A stretch of 64,000 bases of DNA, from assembly GCA_030141605.1 (NCBI GenBank), contig JAQGDQ010000035.1, positions 744,001 through 808,000 of the forward strand. The letters run 5' to 3'. The translations under genes and the position numbers were made by a program. Of this stretch, positions 24,201 to 34,695 are shown piece by piece. The first letter of the stretch is position 1, and every line of letters begins with the position of its first letter. Below the pieces are notes generated by a model, which did no database searches, was not told the origin of the DNA, and saw only the letters and a program-made list of their open reading frames with translations. The stretch comes from Tubiluchus corallicola (lineage: Eukaryota > Animalia > Priapulida).

Positions 24201-27200
24201 TAACTGTCACGATAAAAAATTCTTACATACCTTTCTTCTTTTTCCTTTGCTTCATTAATCGCATTTTTTCTAATGTTCAGTATATGGTCTTTTCTTAATT
24301 CTATTGTCTACGTACAAAAATTATTTATGTACGAATAAATGGTAGCTATATGTATTACCAGCACCGTCATCATCTTTACCACTTCTTTGCAAGGAATTGT
24401 TCATGCTTTTTAGTCCTAGGCACTATTTACGTTCTTTTGATTCGTTCTGCAAGATACTTTTGGTGCCAATGGACTTCATTGTTTAATGGACATGACCAAT
24501 GTATTTTGATGTCGGTCTTGCCGTCACTTAATGAACTTTGTTAACTACTACAAGAACCACTAGACGAGAATTCAGTCAGGCCTATTATTTTTTCAGTGTT
24601 TGGAGACTGGCGAGAAGAAACAAAAGTGGACCTGGTGTTCCAAGAATTAAAAGACTGTTACGTCTGTACCTATGGAGTAGGCAATATCAGAGTGGAGACT
24701 GGTTCTGGTAAATATTTTGCTATAAATAAATTACCTTAAAGGTCGCAAGGTAACTATATAGGTGCAGGACTTTACACCAAAGTATCATTTTTATGCGTTT
24801 CGGCTTAGGCTGATTGCATGCTGAAAGCTCTCAAAAGAAGGAGCTGCTCAAAGAGATGTTGTGACGTGACAAGAGCCTGAGCCACATACGGAGGCAAATA
24901 GCCATTATCATCAAATACTCTTTACCCCACCCTGCACGAACCCGAGCATCGAACCCAGGCCACTCGCTTGAAGTATGTGAATCTTATCACTCGGCTACAG
25001 ACCTCACCATATTTATCAGCAAAAGAACCTAGTAAATCTTGCCACAACAGAACTTAGATAGACATGATTAAAGTTTGTGTGACAATTTGTTTATGTCTCA
25101 ATTTAAAGTAATAAACGTTGGAAACACATTGCATCTGATTAGTAATATCACATATCGCAGCCAAAATCCATATGTATTAATGAACTTGCAGCGTAATAAT
25201 AATATTATAACGTTAAAGGAAAACCGAATGCCATTTTAAACTATAGCCAGTTACTCTATCCTATAAAATGTTGAAATGAAATATAACATTTTTTCGAGAA
25301 TGACTTACGTGAAAGAGTTATTACCACAGAATAGTAATTTCGCATGCTCGCGGCTAGTTCTTCATTGTTACATGCATTTTGCCTTTCGTTAATTGGCTGG
25401 GTACTAGTGCCTGCGTCTCGGAAACGTTTGCACAAAGAACAGGTGCTGTACTGCTTAGTTCAAAGGTGTGCAGTTGCGACATAATGCACACGTTCGAGAG
25501 CTCATGCATGAGCACAGCGGTTAACTTTAAATTTAATTTTAACTTAAAATTTGTTTGCTAAGCTTTTGTATATCGTACCGAATAATGTACAGTAGTACTG
25601 CGTTTCAATTTTCGCTTTTGCAAACACGTGCAACACGCTCGCGGCCTGTTTGTATTGTTGAAAATTATGTTAAGTTCTGATGTCATCAGTAGTCTGGCTC
25701 GCCTGCTGTTGATTAAGTGCATTATTGCAGGTCTTAAAACGTATACTTTTTATCATGCATCAAAACGGTGTAGGACTGTAGGATATAAAAATCATTCTAT
25801 TTTTCTTTAAGCAAAATATGTTTTTATTTTATAATCAATTTCAGGCCAAATGGAGTTAATAAACACGGATAAATGTCGTGATCGCGTGAGGATTGGATAC
25901 GAAGATCCTGAATTAATAAGAAGTTGTGGGGGCGCCTGTATGTTAGAAAGAACACGTATAGCTGGTAACTATTTTCTTTAACTTGTGCATTTTGGTTTCT
26001 CTGATTACTGTAATTACCTATCCAGTGTATGTAGCGAAGTGGTTTTCGTTTAACACTGCAAGTAGACGCAATCGAGAAAATCACTATCTCATATTGAGTT
26101 TCAGAGCTACATATTTCCTAGCGTAACCAACACGACTATAGAAGAATGTATTTTAACTTTATTTATTAAAATTAAAAGACAAATATCGATGTTTCGGCAA
26201 TCTCTGCTGCTGTTTCTAATGTGCAGTGCGACAGATCTTGACCAATTAGTGCAACGCCAAAACAGTTATACCAAATAGTTACATTAGTTAAGGTATACAG
26301 ATGATAAATGCAACTTACATACTCTGTTGCCAGAATAAACACGGAATAAATACGACACAGTGGATGAATACCTACCACAGCATTACTCTGAAAGAGCGCC
26401 TACGCACTCTTTACATTTGTGATGAAAGAATGCGTACCACGAGGGAGTTTTAGAAAGTCGTGTCAGTACCACTATAACTGTAAAATTATACATAAATTAT
26501 CATTTTATTTGGGCTGGTCCTCAGCTTTAGAACAAAAACCAGTTCGATGTTCTACCTGAAATTTGATTTTAGGTTACAGATATAACAGATCTGTAAATGT
26601 TTTTCATTAACCGACTGCTATCATGGTCTGTTCGTGCATGTCGAACAGGTAACAAATCGCCAAGGAATGTTGCAAAACTGCATTTACGTCGAATTTGCCC
26701 CAACTGCAAGACTTCAAGACACTGAGCGCAAATAATAGTTCATTTTGATCGCGGTTTGGAAACGCGAATTAAACAGTGTTCATAATTATGTTAGGCTTAT
26801 AACATACGTTGAGTATGTCATTATATAAAGAGTTATGTACCAAAATCTGTTTATGTTTTGGCAAACACTTGAAATGACCAACCATTAACCATTGCATGAC
26901 TTTTTTGGAGAGGCGCATTAAATAACTTTGGCAACAGTGAGTTTGTCAGTGAATTTAGTTATTTTGCGTTTTCAGCTAATCAGTCGTCCACGTAGTCAGT
27001 TAACGCGATAATTTAACAAGCATTATGTCTTCAACAATATAGCAAATAAAAACTTTCACGTGCTACAAAACTGTTAACTGTTTTTCTAGGTGAAGATTTC
27101 ATCAAACGATATTGCAGACTTGAACCTATCGATGACGAATTTCAGGTTAAAGAAGAGTGTACAACTTATCACAGACCAGGAGCTACCACCACAATCTGCG

Positions 27201-27292
27201 CTTGCCACGAGTGGCTTTGCAATAATGGTTACGCGTTCTTTTCATGCTTACCGCTTTTACTTTGTGCACTATGTTTCTGTATTTTGTTATAA
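18191..27292 (+). CDS. Ly6/uPAR (three-finger, quiver/sleepless-like) secreted protein with predicted GPI anchor, 4 exons, 160 aa
   Basis: Exons 18191-18239, 24597-24707, 25845-25964 and 27090-27292, all introns phase-1 GT-AG. Signal peptide MKNEFSVLILLATLNVVFG; 10 Cys in LU spacing (CYVC...C...CGGAC...RYC...C...CACHEWLCN); hydrophobic C-terminal tail. Confidence 0.88.
22705..22781. repeat. Second copy of the 77-bp hairpin repeat at 3293-3369
   Basis: Near-identical sequence, same orientation. Confidence 0.8.
24597..24707 (+). CDS. Ly6-like exon 2
   Basis: tttttcag|..FGDWREETKVDLVFQELKDCYVCTYGVGNIRVETGS G|GTAAAT. Confidence 0.88.
24785..25008 (-). mobile_element. tRNA-derived SINE-like element
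   Basis: Minus strand A box TAGCCGAGTGA and B box GGTTCGATGCT at tRNA spacing, followed by a non-tRNA body. Confidence 0.55.
25217..25806. mobile_element. Kolobok-like MITE
   Basis: TTAA on both sides; imperfect TIR AGGAAAACCGAATG / CATTCTATTTTTCT. Confidence 0.45.
25845..25964 (+). CDS. Ly6-like exon 3
   Basis: tttcag|..QMELINTDKCRDRVRIGYEDPELIRSCGGACMLERTRIA G|GTAACT. Confidence 0.88.
27090..27292 (+). CDS. Ly6-like exon 4 (CxCxxxxCN motif and GPI-type tail)
   Basis: ttctag|..EDFIKRYC...ICACHEWLCNNGYAFFSCLPLLLCALCFCILL*; a different frame from the track ORF at 27090. Confidence 0.9.
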
Positions 27293-27741
27293 TTTTTTGT
27301 AATGGCGTAGTTATTGTAAATATTTAGATAACATCAAAGTGTGATTTCCTTCACAAAAAGAAATGTTTCGCGGGGAAATTATTTTATACTAACTAATAAC
27401 CGCTCCAAATATTAATTTCCTTAATTCTAGAAAACTTTTTCCAGAAAATTCTTGTCAGAAAAAGCTTTACTGGAGAGATTATTTAGCAGAATTTTTTATG
27501 TAAATACCTTTGATAGACAATCATTGTTGTAATATTATTGGTTGGTGGTCGTTACCAATAATTAGACAGTTTTGCTTAATTAATAATGATCGGCAAATTC
27601 GCGGAATAGTCAGAACAAGAGCAGGGCGATTTTGGACTGCCTTTAGTTACGCCATAATTATGCTGTTGCCTGTTTTGTTGACATGTTTACTACACTGGGC
27701 AACCTGTAGGGTATCTTATGAGTGGAGCCGAGAGTATACAG

Positions 27742-28223
27742 CAGGGGTGTGCAAATTGTCAGACTAGCCGGGCCACATTAAACTTTCCCGCAATTCCTGC
27801 GGGCCACAGGCAGTTTGATCAAGGAGCCAAGTACAGAAAGGCCTAATAACGATTTTTTTGCATCCGACCTGCGTACATCATTACTACTACACTCAAGAAA
27901 CTATTTTAGAAGTTATTAAAATTTATATTACAAACCATATAGTTCTACTTTCAGGACAGATAGTGGTAATTTCATTACAATGGATATTAGTAATGTGTAT
28001 CATACAGTCTGTGTAGTACAGTGACATAAAGCTACAACCGTCTTGTAAGGGTTAATGGCATCCGATCTAGTAGAAAAAACTACCCGCAATATCTTTGGGA
28101 TTGTGGCATGGACTTCAGCTGGATACACTCACTTAATCGCCCGGGCCGCACTTTCATTAGGTTGACAAATCTCTTCGCGGGCCGCACAAATTCTCTCGGC
28201 GGGCCGCAATTTGCACACCCCTG
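27742..28223. mobile_element. Non-autonomous hAT element (Charlie-like)
   Basis: 16-bp TIR CAGGGGTGTGCAAATT/AATTTGCACACCCCTG; perfect 8-bp TSD GTATACAG (27734-41 and 28224-31); GCGGGCCG subterminal motifs. Confidence 0.92.
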
Positions 28224-29012
28224 GTATACAGCGTTAATTGTAACGTAAATAATTGTGCTTTGGGTTATTGCAAAATTTAAAAATTCTGCAACGTACGTAA
28301 ATATCGCTTGTAAAACACCGCGGTCATACATGCGGTACCGCTTTTCTTTGTACACTATTTTTGTACACCGCGGTCATACATGCGGTCTTAGTTGCACAAC
28401 ATTAACCACAGTTTTTTTCATATAGATAAGTGAACATGTAGTCACTTATATAAGTTTGTGGTGTTGATAAGTGTTCGCCTATTTCTTTTAAATTAAAACT
28501 TAACAATTGAGAATGGATAGAGGAACTGTGATTTGGCTTGAAAATTTAGTGCAATTAAAGTAATCGACGAAGTAGGCTACTTTATAATCGCAATAATAAT
28601 TATACGATTATATTTTTATATACAAACGTTTTTATACGATAGACTTTTATAATACTTGTAGAGTGAGTATATTATTATTTTGTATTTCGCCAAAATTGAT
28701 TGTCTTGGATTGCCAGAACTATTTCATCATTATTGATGGATCCATTTGAAATAATAACTTAGTGTAACCTGTAAATATAAATAACTATTCATAATAAAGA
28801 CATTTTTACGTAGGTACGGTTTTCTTGTTTAATGTGTAATTTTTGTATCTATGAATCCCCAAAATATGGGGACTGGTCTTCGCAGACCCTGCTACAAGGC
28901 AAGACTTAAATTCAACCAATGTACTAGCTTAATTATTCATAATGCTAATTTAATGATGGTACAAACCCACAGGAGACTGGAACCAAACTTTAAAAAACAA
29001 CAAACGTGAAAA

Positions 29013-29088
29013 GGTTGGGGCACAGGTTGGACTTGAACCAGGGATTTTCTGAATACAAGGCAGATGCCATAACGGCTAGACTACTGTG
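29013..29088 (-). mobile_element. tRNA-like SINE head
   Basis: Minus strand TAGTCTAGCCGTTA...GGTTCAAGTCC; no convincing acceptor stem. Confidence 0.5.
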
Positions 29089-29559
29089 TTTGACACTGAT
29101 CACAGAAGCCCAGAATTTATACCTGGTAGGCAATGGGCAATTTGTGAATTTTTTGGCAGGAGCCAAGAACCAAAAATATTGAAGTATCTACTTGTGCATT
29201 GTCGGTAACCAAAAATGGCTTGGCGGAGGCGTCGGGCAAACAGTGTTGAACAACAGTAGCTTGTAGTCTACCAAAGGAACTAAAATTCTTGATAAGGCAA
29301 ATTGAAGGGTGTAAAATTTTCGCCCGAGTTTGACTGACTCCTAACCTAAGGGTTGCTGATGTGACAAAAAGTGACAAGTTCCTCTTCTAGTAGCTAGCAG
29401 CACATCATTCGAAATGTCTCAGTGAGACAAATAAGTTAACCCGAGATTAGTTGATCTCAGACTTGAAATCACAAGTTCAGGTTTCATTGAAAGAAATTGC
29501 AAAAAGTATTTAGGATGGCAAATACAAATACAAAAAGCTACACATTTAATTGAAAATAA

Positions 29560-31165
29560 CCGCAATTCCTTGTAAATAATAGCTGAACAGAATTATCTTA
29601 TTTTAGCAGGAGACCTAAACTGTGATCTAAACCGAAACACGGGCCAAGTACAAAAACCCAAGGAGTTTGTTAGCCAATACAATCTTATGTTCACCTTAGA
29701 CGTCAGTGGCACTGACATCAACTATATCTGTTTTAACAAAGGATTTAATACTTACTCTGTAATCGATCACTATAGATTCGAACAACTTGTTAAACTGCGT
29801 GGTTTTAACTAGTGTGAATCATAATATTGACAATATACCCGATCATTCACCTATTTCACTCATGATGAACTGTGAAATGATAACCAAAAATAAATGAGAG
29901 AATCTTCGTACCATTCTTGGTCAATAACAACTGAGCAAGCTTCAAACAACCATAAATCGAGTATTGATTCTAACTTGGTCGTCTTGAACATGCAATCCAT
30001 CTATATTATGATCAAATGCACCCAGGTAAATGATCATTACACTAAATTTGTCTAAATGCTGGGAACCTATACATACTAAAAACAGAGCCCGCGGGATCCA
30101 GATCTGGTAAATGCCGTGTTGTAGGATGGAATGAGCAAATGAAACCATTGAAGCAACAAGCTCTATTTTGGCACAGAATATAGCGCGAAAATGGTAAACC
30201 AGGAAACGGACTGCTGTGTAACATACGCAACAGCACCCGCGCTAAGTACCATCAGAAAATCAAAAAAGTTCCGCGAAATCAAGACGTAATTCGGAATCAA
30301 AAAATGACGGAAACAATGACGCAATAAGATAGCTGACCGTTCTGGCATGAAGACAGACGGTAATGCAGAACAAATAAAACCGTGAAATTGTTATGTACTA
30401 ATACAATCAATAAAATAACTAAAGATTCCCATAGCAATCTAGATTCAAAATGTAACTATATAGGGGGTAGCGTCAACCTATTGCTCCCTAAAGGTAACTG
30501 ATTGGATTATTTGTAGGAACACTAGGCTACGCAGACGATATTGTATTGCTTGCATCGAGTGTAATAAGTTTGAAAAAATGTTAAATCTTTGTGCTAAATT
30601 TGTGAATAAGAACGACATGCTGTTTAACATACCAAAATCCACATGTATTATGTTTAGACATTCTAGTGAATTACCTCGGATATCAATTAACAGTGCCATT
30701 TTAAATTGGCATAACGAAGTATCCCATTTAGGCCACCAACTTACGTATCATCAGTCTCAGTCTCCCGATGTGTAGTAAGGTGTATGTATGATTTGATTAA
30801 AGCTGTGAATGCATTACTGTATTTTTTCAAATCTGTGAGTAACAAACGTGTATTGCTTAAATTGTTTAATGCTTATTGCAAATTGATAATTGTCGAATAT
30901 CGAAAAGCACTGCGATGTATACTCGGCATACAATAATCTCATTCTACTGTGACGATAACGATGGCTGAAACTTCTTACGTTGAATGTTTAATAGCAAAGA
31001 GAATGTTTAAACTGCTGACATGTATAAATCGTTAAGTACTATTTTAAAAACAGTGTCACTTTTAAACATGAATTCTACTTGTACAACCCTAGGATTGAAT
31101 AGGATATTTATCGTACAAACTATTTCCAATTTTAATAATATAATCGCAGTATAAATGCTTATGAG
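29560..31165 (+). mobile_element. Decayed RTE-X-like LINE (AP endonuclease and RT remnants)
   Basis: ILAGDLNCDL, VIDH, DHSPI, VVGWNEQMKPLKQQALFWHRI, LGYADDIVLLASS...DMLFNIPKSTCIMF, LLKLFNAYC; many stops and an internal deletion. Confidence 0.8.
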
Positions 31166-33242
31166 CTGTACTGGCTTACTGAAGGGGAAACCACCTGCCT
31201 AGCTTTTCGTATGAAGAAATTCGTCAGATTTCCTATTTTATTATAACTAACTAATGTTTGCAAGGAATGACAGGCGGAATACCTCTAAAAATATGCCCGT
31301 TTTGCCCGCTTTTTACAAAACTTATAAAACTAAGCTGTAAAGAACCTTTGCTAAAGAAAATGCTTGTGCTAATAGACAAGAGGTGGAAGTGGTGTTGTTA
31401 GACAAATTAAACACTTCAATTCTTACTTACTCTAAGAGCCTGAATGCTCTGAATCTGCCTATCAAAATTTAATAATATTTCATATACATCCACCTGATGA
31501 TTGAAACTCTTTTCTATTATCTCTCAACAGTCATAGTGGATTTGTGGAGCATTTTTGCTGCTGATCTATGGATCGGTCTCAAAGCTTCAATTACCTTTCT
31601 CCCTGCCAAGGGCGCCTGTGCTCAGCTTCTGAAAATCTGTAGGTTTCCCATGTTGACAAATTTTGTTTTATTTTGGCCTTTAGGAGTTCAGGTCTTATGT
31701 TAGAATTTTAAATCCAAATCGATGCTTATAAGCGTGATGGGTATTCAACAAAGTGCTTAGTATTTGTTGGAATATCAGCTGCGTCACGTGTTTGCAAAGG
31801 ATTTATATTTCATTAAAATTGTGCTCGCTCAATATCTACGCTACACGTAAAAGGGCTAGGTCTGCCACGTGAAAATGGTTTGATTATGTAATTAAACGAG
31901 TGACCATTTCTGTAAGTTTTTGATTGTTTTTCAACAAGTTTGAGTTAACCGTTAGGTCACAATTTCAAACGTGTGTTTAGTTTAATTTAAACATAATTTA
32001 TTGGTTTGCGCTTGTGCAAATCAGCTAATATAATACTCTCTTCATGCAAAATGGACTATGCAATTACAAAGTCAACTATGTAAGGTTAACTAAACAATTA
32101 TACAACCCACGCATTTGAACATTCTGTTGACACATAGGTTAATCATTTGATGCAAAAATGCGTGTAAAGCGTAGAAAGCACGGAGATCATAGGTATATGT
32201 TCAGAGGCTAGTTTAATATTTGAGAAATTTGCATTTTCGGGTGTCAGAAGTAAAATATCAAAAAATAGGGCAAAAATAAAAAATAGGGCACTTTTTTGTG
32301 TATGAGAGAGCTAAAATCAACAAAATAAATCTTCTGTACACCAGTAGCAATCAAAAATGCATAGCTTTCAATTTTAATTTCTTTGGTGTAAAAGACATAT
32401 GACATGCTACTGTGTTATTGAGAGTAGTACTACTAACCGCGTTTCTGTTTATGCTAATGTTAAAAACTCTCTGCGGAAAGGAAGATAGGAGATTTTGCAA
32501 ACTTGTGTGAATTTGCAGAATGCGTGAGAAGAGACATCTGATGCATGACCCAGTAAGTAAGGCCTAACATGAGAGAATTGGCAAGGAGTATTGACCTTTG
32601 TTGTACTGTCATGTCTTGTGATACCTGTAATACTTTCATTTTATCCCATTTTATCCATTAATCCATTTTATCAGTAATGTCTGGAGTAGTGAAAATAAAG
32701 TTGGCAAAGAGTGTATGAAGACAAGATTTCCTTTATTTGAATCAGTGATATATACATTCTGTGCCAACTTCATGTTGCTACTCCAATACATTAATTCTCT
32801 TCCCATGTAGATACTTTTCTTCTATTTTACTTATAATTAATTAATTCTTCAAAAGTTGATAGACAAATTGTTTAACTTTGACATTTCACTTTAATATTAG
32901 GTGCCCATCTTTCAAGCCCTGTTTACACTATGGAGAACATGCATCCTGGATCTTCTTAATCCCCACACTTAGTGGCTTTGTCTTCTTGTAGTCTTGTTTA
33001 CACTACAAGTAGATGTTTGGACACAAAACTTTTTCTCCTCTTTTTCAAAAATACACTGGTAGTGTCCCAGCATGCGATGAAAAGTGCTTTCTTCAGGATT
33101 CTAGCAGAGAGTAGTAGAAAGTAACTACATGGCATAAGTAAGCAAAGATACTTACATGTGGCTAGATGCCAGTTAATCTAAATAGAGGTTTAAATCTTTG
33201 AAATTGAGTACATAGAAATCGAGTAGAAATGTTAATTTTGTA

Positions 33243-33678
33243 CTAGCAAAGGCTCCGCAAAAAATTTTGCATATAAATTCACTTATAATCAATAATACGC
33301 GAACATCATACATAGTCCTCATTTATAATGCAAAGCCAGTAGCAGCTTTTACTGAATTAAAGTTATAAGCAGAGTATAATAGGTGACATCAGAACAATGG
33401 CTTTGCGTTAGCAGTTTTCCAAGCGAAAATCGCCCGAAATGGAACATCTAGTTAATTCGTCGGCACTCCTCTTGGTGGACGTGTCCTAAAATATAGCCCA
33501 CATCATCGTGTAGCCCTGTTCTTCCTCCTTCTATATATCTCCTTTCAAGAGTCTCGTCAGGCGCTGCTAGAACATTTTTTCTGCAGGCTATTTGGTCAAA
33601 ATTTCGAAAAAATCGTGAGTTGGGTCCGGGAAAACGTCCGTTACGGGACGCCGTGGCCCTCTCGCGAATTTTATATAT
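33243..33678 (-). mobile_element. Non-autonomous Helitron-like element, copy A
   Basis: Minus strand starts ATATATAAAATTCG and ends GCAAAATTTTTTGC hairpin...CTAG|T; homologous to 34004-34431. Confidence 0.7.
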
Positions 33679-33680
33679 GC

Positions 33681-33898
33681 CTACTACACCCACCGCTGAA
33701 CGGGCTATCTATCCATAGCCAGCACCACCCATGGCCCATTCCCGTTCTTAAGATCTTAGACGTATGTTTTGCAAAAAAATGACCGAAAAATGGCCATTCG
33801 AAAAATAAACCCCCAATGGCACGACACTAAATCGAGACCTTTCGTTTGATGCATAGATCGCTGCAAATGGTGCTGTCGTTGGAGCTGTAGCCTTGAAT

Positions 33899-33960
<62 letters not shown>
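33681..33960 (-). mobile_element. Second Helitron-like family member with expanded (TA)n 5' end
   Basis: Minus strand (TA)nAAGATTC start as in the neighbours; CCG-TTCAG-CGG hairpin before TAGTAG; (TA)30 at 33901-33960. Confidence 0.5.
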
Positions 33961-33962
<2 letters not shown>

Positions 33963-34003
33963 AGATTTATGTATTAATTCTATCAGTAGAATTAATATAT
34001 AGA

Positions 34004-34431
34004 CTAGCAATGGCCTTGCAAAAAATTTTGCGCATAAATCCACTTATAATCAACAATGCGCGAACATCCTACCTACCTAGTGTTCGTTTATTTTCCTAAC
34101 GCTAAGCCAGCAGCTTTTACTGAATTAGAGCTGTAAGGTTATAGGCAGAGTATAATGGATGACATCACAACAATGGCTTGCGTCAGCAGTTTTCTAAGCA
34201 AAAATTGCCAAAAATAGAACATGTAATTAACTCCTCGCTACTCCTCTCAGTGGACGTGTCCTAAAATGCAGCCCATAGCCTTGTTTTTTGTTTGTCCTCT
34301 TTCTAAAGAGCCATTTTTCTCCTTCTGGCACCAGGCCCCGCTAGAACGTTTTTTCCGCATGCTGTTTGGTAAAATTTCGAAAAAATCTGGAGTAACGCCC
34401 GTTACGGGATCGAATCTTATATATATATATT
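34004..34431 (-). mobile_element. Non-autonomous Helitron-like element, copy C
   Basis: Diverged direct repeat of 33243-33678 with the same hairpin and CTAG|T terminus. Confidence 0.7.
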
Positions 34432-34520
34432 AAGCCCATACCAGTGAAATTAATATATACGATTTTCTTTTTCATCTGTGCCCAGTTATGTCTACCTAAC
34501 TTGTACTGTTTAAGAATAAG

Positions 34521-34695
34521 ATGACGGACGATGATAGCAAACAAGACAGAGAATCTATGGATGTTGGTGGCGATGGTGATCTTAATGAGAAGAAAGCTGA
34601 TAAGATATTTACATTAAAAAAGTGGAACCTTGTTGCAATGTGGAGCTGGGATGTGGAATGTGATACATGTGCCATTTGCCGTGTACAAGTAATGG
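34521..34695 (+). CDS. RNF7: RNF7 exon 1
   Basis: MTDDDSK...WSWDVECDTCAICRVQVM G|GTAAGT. Confidence 0.95.

Noticed and set aside
24453-24563. Frame with in-frame TGA followed by CRSC (possible selenoprotein)
   Set aside because: Ends in TAG with no donor, no SECIS recognised, and lies in the intron just before Ly6 exon 2
26589-26648. Cys-containing 60-nt AG/GT-bounded segment (ICKCFSLTDCYHG...) as an extra Ly6 exon
   Set aside because: Phase 0-0, incompatible with the phase-1 introns; the LU domain already has its 10 Cys
27090-27302. Track ORF MKISSNDIADL...
   Set aside because: Wrong frame; the coding frame is the phase-1 Ly6 terminal exon
29013-29088. Functional tRNA gene
   Set aside because: A and B boxes are present but the acceptor and anticodon stems pair poorly; treated as a SINE-like head
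33748-34099. YI-repeat ORFs
   Set aside because: (TA)n tract within the Helitron-like stack
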